Shown here: piece by piece, positions 25,801-37,200 of the stretch
Position numbering within the stretch: position 1 is the stretch's first letter
Layout of the letters: each line of letters opens with the position of its first letter
Assembly (NCBI GenBank): GCA_010909165.1
Contig: MU008218.1
Coordinates: 179,757-243,756 of the forward strand
DNA: 64,000 bases
Direction: 5' to 3'
DNA from: Anthoceros angustus
Taxonomy: Eukaryota > Plantae > Anthocerotophyta
Translations under genes and position numbers: made by a program
The notes under the pieces: generated by a model
The model's database searches: none
Told to the model about the DNA's origin: nothing
The model's input: only the letters and a program-made list of their open reading frames with translations

Positions 25801-25975
25801 AACCAAATAGTAAGCGTTAGAGCGAGGTGGATGCGTCGCTCGATTTTCTAACTCTTTGTGTTATGATGAGAGGTAGCAGATTGATGTTAGCCAACCGTGT
25901 CCTCGGTTTGACGGTGGAGTTAAGCAAGCACGTTCACGCGGTGAAACCTGGCTACTTCGTTATTTTCACGGTCGA

Positions 25976-27100
25976 CTAGGCGTAACCGCAACAACCAATA
26001 GCAAATCGATGCACACGGTACCCATCCGTCAATGTCTCTCCATTCAAGCCTTGACATGATCTCTATGGAATCTGCGGCAATCATTGCACATGCATAGATT
26101 CTTGGTTACCAGAGCTATCCCCTCGAGTGTTCAAGAGGCCAAAAGCTAGAGCTAGCTTCTCAAAGCATGCCCACAAAGCACATCTTTCTTTCCTTCTCGA
26201 AGTAGGGCTTCAATACCAAATTTGTGTGAGGTCGTGGCCTCCTTCCCTGCTTTAGGTGGGCATTTGTGCTCTCTTCACGAAGCACAATGTCCTCTCTTCT
26301 TTCTCCAACCCAATCCATGTACTTGCTTAATCACGTCCATGCTTGCAACCGCAGCTAGGTTTCTTATTAGCTACTACTACCCTTCTTTGTGTTTCAACTC
26401 ATGTTACGTCGGTCTATCTACATACATCTGCATAGGCATTGGTCAGTGAGCACATCTGCTTCCTAGAGTCCGGCTTAACAATGCTTTCAAAACCCCCATC
26501 GCCTCTCTATATCTCCATGACTTTTGCGTGCATTCAACAAAACATCAAGCCCATAGCATTACTTATTAAATTGGTTGGCCCTCCAGTTGATAATAGCATC
26601 TTCTCTACCTCTAAATTGCCAAGCCGTAGCAAGAAGATCAATCATGTAGGCGTAATGGTCAATAGGAGTTTAATGCCATCTTTGTTGCCATGGAATCGAA
26701 GTGCTTGCGACCCTCATGGGCTGGTCCATATGCATGACCGCATGCTCCTAAAAGGCAAGTGAGCGAAGCACCATCAAGTGAATGCCCGGCAAGCTAACAT
26801 CTCCTCAAAACAAGCTGGTGCATTGTGGCCACCATCACAAGCACCATACCCGGATATCGGGTGGTCCATCATATGTCACCACATCCTTTGCGCCATCTTG
26901 TCAAAAGCGTGGTGTGCATAAATCGATTTCACCACATTTTGCATATGTCCACCGAGGCAAGTGCCCAACACTACATTTAGTCCTCTTTCAACACGATAAT
27001 TTTGAAGCGGCTCAATATCTGAGCCGCTTCCTACAAAATGGAAGCTTAGGAAAAACACGACAAAAACTAAAAGCAGTTCCTACATTTGTAGTGAATTCAC
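25976..27100 (-). pseudogene. PPR-E-DYW:KP gene fragment (copy 2)
   Basis: LVLKP...EGKKDVLCGHA.EKLALAFGLLNT...LVTKNLCMCNDC...IEIMSRLEWRDI..DGYRVHRF; upstream HHAFDKMAQ.DVVT. Confidence 0.88.
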
Positions 27101-27379
27101 ATGGTTTCTAGGTTTAGGGTTTTATAAAAGAGCGATTTACAACATCGAGCTAGATAGTCGTGGTCGTCAGGCGCCCGGCCAGTTCAACAATCCAAAAATA
27201 TGGCATATAGATTACCCAAAAATAGCGTTTGGCATACATGCGTGCTAAGGTAAAAGCAGTGGGCGGCGGCATGCCGGCGCCACCCTCTGAACATGTTTGA
27301 TAAATGTAAGCGGCCTAAAACAATTTGATCGCTGCAGCCTAAGTAGAAGGTCTTCCATTCGGTTTGAGTTCCTCGGAGG

Positions 27380-27993
27380 TGTCATGCCGTGATACTAATC
27401 TACGCACTTGGGTTTAGTGTTTGATTAGCATTAATTAATCTAATTACTTATCTTTAAGTAAGTAATTAGTGTTAATTAATCTAAAGTGCTTATGTAATTA
27501 AGCATTGATTAGTGTTAATTAAACTAATGCTTATGATTAAGCATTGATTAGTGTTAATTAATCTAATGTGCTTATGTTAATTAAGCATTGATTAGTGTTA
27601 ATTAAACATGGTTAGCAATAGCTAAGTGGATAAGCTCAAGTAATATGCTTTGGCATATTCCTTGCATATTATAGTGTATTCTTAGGATACAATAGCTAAG
27701 TGGATAAGCTCAAGTAATATGCTTTGGCATATTCCTTGCATATTATAGTGTATTCTTAGGATATTTACGGCATAATGCCAATAGGATATCTTAGGAATAT
27801 GCCGATGCCAGGTCTAGTATATATAGACCCTTCCATTGAGGACAAGCTCGGATCATAGCTTGTCCTCTAGATATCTAATGCAAGGCGTTGTGAGGAGGCC
27901 AAAGCTATGACTCGAGGCGATGTGAGGAATTTGCGTGTTGTTCTCGTGGGAGAGTGTGTTTGTGCCACGACGTGCGAGCTACTCCCTCCTGTT
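27380..27993 (+). repeat. Terminal repeat A1, containing ~44-bp and ~77-bp internal tandem repeats
   Basis: TGTCATGCC...GCTACTCCCTCCTGTT matches ~34195-34806 and 62246-62808. Confidence 0.9.
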
Positions 27994-28019
27994 GTTGCTA
28001 TGATCTCGTGTGTACACTA

Positions 28020-28345
28020 GATAGGCGTGCTAGGCTTAGTGTGATGCTAGGCGATGCTAGGCGATGCTAGGTGCTAGGCGATGCTAGGTGGCTAGCGGTG
28101 CTAGGCGATGCTAGGCGTGCTAGGCGAGGCTACGCGAGGCAACGTTCTTTAAGCAAGTAGGCAAGGGACTCTCAAGAGTGCCCAAGGCTTAAGGCCAAGG
28201 AGGAGGCGAAGCCCAAGTCCAAGGCCAAGGAGGAGGAGAAGCCCAAGTCCAAGGCCAAGGAGAGGAGGCGAAGAAGCCCAAGTCCAAGGCCAAGGAGAGG
28301 AGGCGCCAAGTCCAAGGCCAAGGCCAAGGAGAGGGAGGGCAAGAA
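28020..28345. repeat. Two short tandem arrays in the element's 5' leader: (GGCGATGCTA)n and (CCAAGTCCAAGGCCAAGGAGGAGG-like)n
   Basis: Directly visible at 28020-28140 and 28190-28345. Confidence 0.85.
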
Positions 28346-28970
28346 GCTACCAAGGAGAGGAATGAGGCCTCACAAGGGGCTGGCCTTTTAAGGCCAACCA
28401 ACCAAGGGAGAAACAAGAGTATTTTACTCTTGGGCCCGGATTCAAGGGATAAGGGAAGCGGATAGACATGGGTATGTCATCAGTCCATGTGATTTCACTT
28501 TCTGTCCAAAAGTCCTAGTTTGTACCCCATCCAGTACTGATCCACCACGGGTGCTTAACTGGAGTTCTGCCTTTGCTATCCAACTCACCCAGCTCACTTT
28601 TTTTGACTAGTAGCCTGCAGAGTATTTGTATGATTTTAACATGCATAGATACTTAGAGGTTTCACTAATCACGATCTAAGATAGCGGGGTGTTAACCTTG
28701 ATTAAGGGTTTGATCTAGCCACTAACCGCCTGGAGTGCATGCCGGACACACTCGATCCGGACGGAGCTACCAACCAGCAAGTCCATCGAGGCGGGTCAGT
28801 CCCGACCAAGAGGAGAAGTGCGACACTCGATTTTGGTACCACCGAAGGACGGAGGAACCATGACACAATCAACAATCTTTGAAGGATCTGAGTGGCAACA
28901 CACAAGACACGTTAGTCTGCCGGGACAACTCGGTAGCGGCGAGGAGGACTTGTCTCTTGGAGTCGTCAAG

Positions 28971-30760
28971 ATGGGAGGAGACAAGGATCGAATGGAGTTG
29001 TTCACAGGGGAGCGGCACCTTGCCCTGGAGGACTTCATCGAGAAATGCAGTGCGGTGTGTGCGGAGATGGAATTGAAGACCGGATACAGCGATACGGCTT
29101 CATCCAAATGCCAAGTACTTGGGGATGAAGCATTGGCGTGCTATCGAGCACAAGCGAGCGAGGGCTGTTGGAGGACCGGTGAGTAGTTCAAGCTCGAAGG
29201 AACCCGGTCTGAGGCGGAGCGGTGGCACCGAGTGGGCACGATCCCATCGAAGAGATGTTTGACATCTTCCAGTTTCCTGCAAGCACGGATGAGAAGATCT
29301 CGGTGACACACTTCAAGATGAAGTCGCGAGACGCAAGATGGCTTATCGAAGAATCGACCAGTTGGTACGTGACACCAAGATCATGAGTGACCGGTGGCTG
29401 CAGAAGTACTTGCAGGCATTGCCATATGCTGCGCATGAAGGTGCAACAAGCGGTGCACAGACGAAGGGCAACACTACACCCTCAAGGAAGTGTACGAGAT
29501 GGGCGACAAGATAGGGCCCACGACACTTTCTCTCGTCTTTGCAAGTGATTACTCCGGCACAAGTAGGAGTGGTGGGCGACATGACGGGAGGTCGAGTGGA
29601 GGAGCTCGGCGAGACAAGCCGCCCACAAGTGGAGCCCCTGAGGTGCCGAGGACGGACCATTCCCTCATGAGTGCGAGCATGCATTCGGAGGAGTCAAGGG
29701 TGAGGAGCCATGCCCTAGGTGTGGGAGTGCAGGCACAATGAAGCGGCATGTTGGGAGAAGCATCCGGGTGCGGCCTACGGGTTATCGGCAGCAACCCGGC
29801 CAATGCATCTGCGTCAACCTCATCCACAAAATCAGTGAGCAAAGGCGCCGTGGAGGAGGCACGGCGAAGTCCGTGGACAAAAGAAAGCGGGAAGCATCAA
29901 GAAGACGATGGGCCACGTGGCACGCCTTGCAAAGCTGGAGAAGTTGGTGCGGAAGGCGAAGATCAAGGAGAGCGGTTCATCATCAGAGGGACGAAGAAGA
30001 TGAGCACAAGCTTGGATACATGGCGGTGTGACCGGATCCAAGGGCAGGGAAGAAACCTCAGCCTACGAGAGAAGATAGCTCGGAGGAAGAAGAGGATGTC
30101 TTGACACCGGTCACGGAAGACACGGAAGGAAGCTTGGGATCCTCTTCCGAACCTATGCCAAGATGCCAAAGTCGTTTGAGCCATTGCCAGCAGGAACAGC
30201 GTGGGAGCAACATCAAAGTCCAGTGGGCGATGTGGAGAAACCCATGCAGATTCTTGTGACGATGGCACAAAAGCTTGGAGATGCCATGTTTGCCTACAAG
30301 ACATGGGGTTGGCGTGAAGGAAGTCGGGGTTTGACTCGGCGGATGTTGACAACCCTTGAAGGCGAAGCAAGTGTCGACAATGTGCCACAACGGTGGCAAT
30401 GATGTCATTCGACCTCGGGCCAAGCATCTCTGGAGAAGCGGAATCTTTGCAGTGGGAGTGGCTTTGGTCAACAATCGGAGAGGCACATTGAAATCAATGG
30501 ATTCGCACCAAGGAGGTGTTGATTGACAAGAGCAGGTGATCGTTGGAAGAAGAGTGAAGGAAGCGTTGGGTCTCCACCAAGAAAGGTTGAAGGAAACCAA
30601 GTGGAAGATCCGGCCGTGGGACCACGGAGCATGTGTTGGGGTGACAAGGTACATGTCAAGGTTTCATTCAAACCAAGAACAGACTTCACCTTTGTCGAGG
30701 TACACCGCTTGGTCACCGACACACTTTTGATGTCTTCTTTGGAGCGGACGCTTTGTACAA
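28971..30760 (+). pseudogene. Gag and retropepsin-like protease of the split-repeat element
   Basis: RMELFTGE..LALEDFIEK; HYTLKEVYEM; Cys/His knuckle-like segment near 29720-29770; HIEINGFAPRRVLID(TGA).VIVGRRVKEALGL (IDT visible in copy B at ~60484). Confidence 0.8.
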
Positions 30761-31199
30761 ACCACAGTCATGGTGGATTTGTGGACGGAGAGTCTACTAT
30801 CGACCGGTGGAGAAGCTGGAGCAAAATGAGAACGGATTGCCGCATCCCTCTGCTGCATGGCAAGGATCATGAGAACCTCATTGCCAGCGTCTACCCAGTG
30901 TTTGGCGTGTAGTGAAGGACACGCCATACGTGCTTGAACCTCTTGGCGTGTGTCTAACAACCGCAACGGCGATGGAGGATTTCGGCGAGGAGGAGGAAAC
31001 AAGCTAGGGTTGCAACCACCCTCGGAGGAGGTTCTTCAAGTCACTCGAAGCTGGTGGCAGCAATGAGCCGTGCAAAAGGCTGTGGAGGATGGTGCAAGAG
31101 GACCGTGCCTATGAGCCGGAGAACTCTGTAAGTTCTTGCCTAGGGTTGAGCCTGTTTGTGACCTAAACACCCGGTCATCACATGGCGACCTCGGGAAGG

Positions 31200-32060
31200 C
31201 GGCATAGTGCTCGTGGAACTCTTTGGAGGCATCGAGGCCGGTGCTAAAGTGTGGCATCAAAGTGCGAAGATCGTGCATTGTGACCCGGATCCAAAAGCAA
31301 GGATTGTGTCAGGCGTAAGAGACTTGATGGGGAGTACCTAACCTCGGCGTGGGAGTCGGTGAAGGGTTACCGAGGCCGATGGATGTTCGCATGATAGGGT
31401 TGTCCCATTTGAGTTGTCTTGGGCAAGTGGACCTTGTCATCGCGAGTTGGGAGTGTCAAGGACTATCCTCTGCAGGCAAGGGTCAAGGTCAGGATCCACG
31501 AACATTGTTCTATGACTGATGAGGATCTTGCGCTTGATCCAGAAAGGGCAAGAAAGGCCTTGTGGATACATGTTGGAGAATGTGCCGGCATGCATGAGCG
31601 TGAAGAAGCAAGTTCGGAGGACTTTGCCACGATCCGAGGAGTGTTGGGTCGAGCTTCTATTGGATGCGCTCAATTTGGTTCGAGGGCTCATAGGTTGAGG
31701 TCCATGTGGACTAACCTTGCTCCCTTGGAACATTTGAAGTGTCGTCGTTCACCAAGCGACCTAATCATGTTGTCAAGGATGTGCTAGCATCGGAAGGCAT
31801 GCCCAACAAGTCATCAAAGACAAGCTGCCGCACTTCCGTGAACACGCTGGACACCCCATGGCGGCTTGGCCAACCTTTGTGTCTAAGTCCAAGTCTTACG
31901 CCTTGGGAACCATGGCGTTGTGGTGGACAGACATGGCGAGGCCTTGGGAGAGCCAACAGCCACAGAGAGGAGTTGGCCATGGGATTTGATGAGCCACAGA
32001 CACCGGTGGCCGAGAAGGCAGTGTCGATTGCTTGGGCAAGCATTTGACGTGAACATGATG
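31200..32060 (+). CDS. C5 cytosine DNA methyltransferase domain inside the retroelement pol region (frameshifts may be sequencing errors)
   Basis: Motifs in canonical order: I VELFGGIEAG (31213); IV VDLVIASWECQGLSSAGKGQG.DPRTLF; VI YMLENVP; VIII AQFGSRAHRLRSMWTN; IX ERELAMGF; X RLLGQAFDVN. Confidence 0.88.
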
Positions 32061-32427
32061 ACCGTTGTTTAGCTAGTCGCTTAACCGAAACCAGAAGGCG
32101 GGGTTGAAGCGGCGGGGTTCGGTGGGTGAAGGACATTGCACTCGCATCTCAGGAGAAGGCGAGTTTGGAGGGCAAGGAGGCGAGCACGTAGAGCGTGCAA
32201 GCCATCGAGACAACCACATGAGTGGTTAACGTCGAGTTGAAGAGCAATCAAGCGTCGGCTAAAGGAGTTGTTGGGCATGCATGACATGTATTTGCTTTCA
32301 CGCGAGATGGGGAAGTACACCAAAGGGAAGTTCCACATAGAACTAATCAAGAATGAACCCGATTCTCAGCGAGGCTGCATGGGCAAGAAGAAAATGACGA
32401 GCAGCGCTGGGGAGAGTAGTCCACATG

Positions 32428-33913
32428 TGGCGGGACTTTGCCGATGATGGCCAGCCAAGGCCAGACAATCCTGTCGTTGTGGGAAGTCCGCTCCCAAGGG
32501 AATGGTCTCTGCTTATTCTGCGAGTTTACAAATTATCACTGAGCGGACTTCTATCAGTTGGGTCAAGCGGCTCCAGACAACCCTAAGTGTGTGCCCTCCA
32601 CAACCTCGTCGGACCAAGGTAGCCCACCTGACCTTCCCACAAACCCGCCTTGGATTTCTCCAAGATACCTAACGGGTTTAACGACGCTCCTTCCTGGGCC
32701 CATCGTGCTCTAGCGCCCCAGCGGCTCCTCAACTCTCCGGCCCACCCACCTCAACACACACGCCGTGCTCCACCCTTCTCTCTTATCCATTCCTGCCTAG
32801 TAGTCACAACACCAACACGCCGATGTATTCACACAGGCCGCCTTTGCCCCCCTCCGGGGCACGCGTTTGCGGAGAAGTGGCTCACTGCATCCCCTGCTCC
32901 GTTCAGCCTCCAAGGATGGCTTCCGCCCAAGCGCTTCGCCTCCCATCCCCTCCGGGCCTTCACGTTGGAGAAGTGGCCGCATGCAGCCTGCATCCCCACG
33001 CTCCGCCCGGCCTCAAGGTTGGTCTCGCACCCAGCAATCACCCGCGAGCACCTCCCGAGCTCAGTCCGACCCAGTGCGCACCCATCAAGCGTGTTGGAGC
33101 TCCGTCAGAGCTCTAAACACATCCTCTACTCCATTAATCACCTGCGGTGACGCAGAACTCACTCGCCTCCTCGAGCACGGAAGAGCAAAAACGGCACGCC
33201 AAGATGGTACCGGATAGTCTCGCCGTCTTGGACGCCGGGCCTTCCTATATACTCCCCATACCCTAACCTAACCCTGCCTATGTATGTATCCTAACCACAC
33301 TATGTATGTACTTAACCCTAGGTCGCGGTAATCACATGGGACGTAGCTCATCACCTGCACGGACTTCTTGCACCAGCCGCTCCCGCCAAACAGTAGATCC
33401 ATGCCAGCGATGCCCACCCAACCAAACCACCCTACCCGACCACTCGGATTGGGACTTGCCGACCAGACCACTCGCGACCTCTCAAGGACCGAGACCACTC
33501 GGCGGGCCCGCCCGGAGCCGGGACCACTCGCCCGGACCTCGCCGGATCCAGACCTGGGCCCGGACCCTACGGGACTCAGACCACTCCGTCGGACCCGCCG
33601 GACCCTCTAAGCCAGACCCTCGACGGACTTCCTCGGACCTGGCCCCGGACGGACCACTCCGGACTCTCGCCGGACGGACACCCGGGCCCAGACGGGGACC
33701 ACTCCGTCAGACTCGAATGGACCACTCACGGACCTCGCCCGAACCGGACCACTCCGTGGACCTCGCCCGAGGGGCAGTAGGGATTGCAATCGTATAACCG
33801 CCCAAAAATGGCTCATTGGCTAACTTTCCTCCCTATCCCTCTTAACAAAGAACGACCCGAAAAAAAGCAAAACAAATGGCTAAGAGTACTGGACGCCAGT
33901 TTGGCACTCCACA
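32428..33913. mobile_element. Solo LTR (~1.49 kb) nested in copy A
   Basis: TG...CA ends, ACATG duplicated at 32423-32427 and 33914-33918; absent from copy B at the homologous site (~61985); internal GGACCACTC-type repeats at 33440-33770. Confidence 0.85.
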
Positions 33914-34080
33914 ACATGAGATGTGCCCATAAGGATGTCAAGACAAGCTCCTCATGGACAAGGTTCATAACCTCCTGGGCGACTTCCCAAGGAGATTGGT
34001 TTTGTGCTGTCGCTACATGAGGTGCGTCGTGTAGTCCTACTAATGATAATGTTTTGACTTAGAGTCTCACATTATCGAGG

Positions 34081-34897
34081 ATTGGTTGCACCTATATATC
34101 CGCTGTGATTCGATTTGTTCACTTGGTTGTTGTGGTCAGGAAGTGCTTGTAGAATTCAAGTGCTTACTGCGTACATACCGGCCAATTTTATCGTCAGTGA
34201 TACTAATCTAAGCATGGGTTTAGTGTTGATTAGCATTAGTTAATCTAATTACTTATCTTTAAGTAAGTAATTAGTGTTAATTAATCTAAGGTGCTTATGC
34301 TAATTAAGCATTGATTAGTGTTAATTAAACTAATGTGCTTATGCTAATTAAGCATTGATTAGTGTTAATTAATCTAATGTGCTTATGTTAATTAAACATT
34401 GATTAGTGTTAATTAAACATGGTTAGCAATAGCTAAGTGGATAAGCTCAAGTAATATGCTTTGGCATATTCACTTGCATATTATAGTGTATTCTTAGGAT
34501 ACAATAGCTAAGTGGATAAGCTCAAGTAATAGCTGTTTGGCATACCTCGTATATTATAGTGTATTCTTAGGATATTTACGCATATCTTTGATGTAATAGG
34601 ATATCTTAGGAATATGTCACGCCAAGGTCTGAGTATATATAGACCCTTTATGAGGACAAGCTCGGATCATGGCTTGCCTCTAGATATGCAATCTGAGGCG
34701 TTGTGAGGCCAAGCTATGACTCCCAGGAGGCGTGTGTGAAATCGCGTGTTGTTCCTCGTGGGGAGGTGTGTTTGCGCCACCATGACGTCAGCTACTCCCT
34801 CCTGTTATCGGTTGCACCTATATATCTGCGTATTCGATTTGTTCACTTGGTTGTTGGTCGATAAGTGCTTGAATTCAAGTGCTTACCGCTATTTACA
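34081..34897 (+). repeat. B1-A2-B2 right terminus of copy A
   Basis: The ~95-bp B (TGGTTGCACCTATATAT...TTCAAGTGCTTAC) occurs both before and after a second copy of A. Confidence 0.85.
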
Positions 34898-37200
34898 TTT
34901 TCCAAGCACGCTATTCGACCACTTTCCTTTTAGTCGAGCGTCTGTGATTTTCAAAGTTATCATTTTCTTCCATAGCATTATCTTCGCCGAGCATGGTCTT
35001 CTTCCCGCCATTGTTGGAGTCGTTTGGGTCCAAAGACATCTAGAATCTGCTTGCCCATCGTCAAGATGTCATACCGATATTCTCCTTCCTTCCTGCATAT
35101 ATCCAAACAAACAATGTCGACTCATCCTTTTTCGGACAAACTCACCTCTTTTGCCCGTAACTAGGTCGGGCCCCGACGGCGATGTGGTTCATGATTCAAC
35201 TCTTCTTCTCGTCCCAGCTGACACTTAGCCATGGATCCTACGAGGAATAAACTTTTGTGCACCTCTTGTCTTCTTTCGATTGCAAGCGATTCGCGTTCGC
35301 ATAGCCGCCTTGTCGTTGATTCCTCCAGCACAAGCATCTAAAGATCAATCCCCTCTCGAGAAGCTTTTGATGAGCCTCATCGCCAAAGCCAAAAGGCCTT
35401 TGATAAGCACGGACCACCGTCGTCTATGATGCTTTACAACAACGTCTTCACCAGCCTAGGATGCCCGGCGATCGCCCATTGTTGAGACCCATGGATGTTA
35501 GTGGGGATCATGGAAACTTTGGTCTTCTTGCTATCCGATGTTTAACCCCACCCTACTGGTGGTGACGTACTCCATAATGTCGTATCCACCCAAGTCGTTG
35601 TACATGTTGTTTTTGACAAAGCGTCCACCATAATGCTCCCGGAAGATTCAACCTTTTCCTCCGCCATTCGATCTTCCTCTCTGTTCAAATGCCTCATTAG
35701 TGAATGCCCTAAAATATCTAGACCGGCCCATCCTCTTCATCCGGGGCCCAAACTCATTGTCTTCTTCATCTTCTACAAATGCCGACTCCTTGTCAGAAAG
35801 CAAGGGCCTTGTCGAGTACTCAGATGAGATTTCTGCTATGAGTTTTGATGGATTGTGTTATCACTTAAGGCCACATACACACGCCTCTCAGCGTGAACAT
35901 CAAAATTCCAGCATCAACATTCCCTTAAGTACAAGATACTTAATGTTTCACCTCTACGCTTCGTTAAAGCACAAGCAAAGATATCACGAGTTCGCAAATA
36001 ACACTTACACTCTATGCACGCAACGCCTCATGAAATTTCTAGATACATCTCTGGGCTGCACCCGGCATTGAAGTGCTAGACATACTCGTGGCAAATACCT
36101 TCACTGCACTCGCCTCTACATTGTCACAGGAAGAGCATCAGAATTCATAGGGTCTTCCTATGCGTAGCACTTGAACTACCGTAACCTCTGCTCCAAGAGC
36201 AAGTGTTGCCTACCACACACCCAACCTTGACCCTCACTTCTTTGGTTCCTACAGCTCCGCGTGTCCATACATCCACAACTTCAAAGTGATTGGAGTCCAC
36301 ATAACGTTCTGCGTCTGCCCCTAGCACGAGTGAAGAAACCATTCGGGGCCTAACTAAAGACGGGGCCAAACGGTTGGCCTCGCTCGCTCTTCACCGACGC
36401 TACGAGAGGTCGCGTCCACCATGACTTCAACCAAAAACGCACTATGGTGGATGCGAGCTCCACCATCGCAGGCTGACGATGGGTCGCCTGACCGAGCTGG
36501 CCGCGGATGTGGATGCGGTGCATCCACAATTTCGTGGCAGAGGCTACATGCGCTGGCCGATTCGGTGTGTGTCACGCTGCGGAGTAAGACTTCATCAGCT
36601 GAAATTGCAGTAAAATTTCAGCCCAACGGAGGCTAAGAAGGAAGAAAGGGGTAGGCGTGCGTGCACTGGCAGCATGTTGATGGAGCTGATCAGTCGCCCT
36701 CTCATGCGGTAATGATGAGAACGCCGGTGCTAGATCTTGTGCCCAGTTTTGATGGGAAGGGAGCTGCTGTCTTGAAAACGTGGAATGTGAGTTGGGAGCA
36801 TGCGCCCCAAGCACTTGTTCACAATGTCGATGCAGAAAACAAAGGGCCCTCTCCTCCAGCAAACATGAGTTGGAAGAAATGGGTCTAGACCCCATATGGA
36901 GCCTTTTGGAGGTCGCCATCTCGTGACCTGTCAACTTCTAGGAGCCGTAGCATGGATGGAGAAGAAAAAATGCCTGCCAGCCGCTTTGCATCGGTTGAGA
37001 AGGCCATATGATCTTCGCCAATGTTGCCTGTGATTCAGTTGTCCTCCTTCACCACTTCAAGTTGGGGAGCTTTCTCAAATGGTGCTGCTGCAATCTCCTC
37101 GGCACACAAGTTGTAGGTTCCCCATACTGAAGATGTTGCTCACCAAGTGCCAATATGTGAAGGAAGCCCAAGCTGGAGATCACGTCCACTAGTCACTTCA
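34898..37200 (-). pseudogene. KDZ-like gene of block copy 2, extending about 400 bp further 5' than copy 1
   Basis: Collinear with 16290-18200 up to GCACTTGTTCACAATG (~36825), then continues as unique coding-like sequence. Confidence 0.4.

Larger units (their letters stand above)
18212..27379. repeat. Copy 2 of the block, left part (continues at 34898 after the retroelement insertion)
   Basis: Collinear with copy 1; breaks at CTCGGAGG| (27379) and resumes at TTTTCCAAGC (34898), which are contiguous in copy 1 (CTCGGAGGCATTTTCCAAGC, about 16283-16302). Confidence 0.92.
27380..34897 (+). mobile_element. Retroelement with split direct repeats encoding Gag, protease and C5 DNA methyltransferase (copy A)
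   Basis: A1 27380-27993, B1 ~34081-34175, A2 ~34195-34806, B2 ~34807-34897; internal gag-PR-MTase. Flanks rejoin to the uninterrupted sequence of block copy 1 with no visible TSD. Confidence 0.85.

Noticed and set aside
27400-27770. CRISPR-like array in repeat A (also 33440-33770, 41990-42185, 47990-48700)
   Set aside because: These are head-to-tail tandem repeats without unique spacers, in eukaryotic TE DNA, with no cas genes.
33262-33280. Telomere-like CCCTAACC motif
   Set aside because: Only about two imperfect units; chance occurrence within a solo LTR.
28700-34100. Tyrosine recombinase or RT within the split-repeat element
   Set aside because: I found no RT YxDD region, RNase H, or R-H-R-Y recombinase motifs in either copy, so the element's class cannot be fixed from this window.
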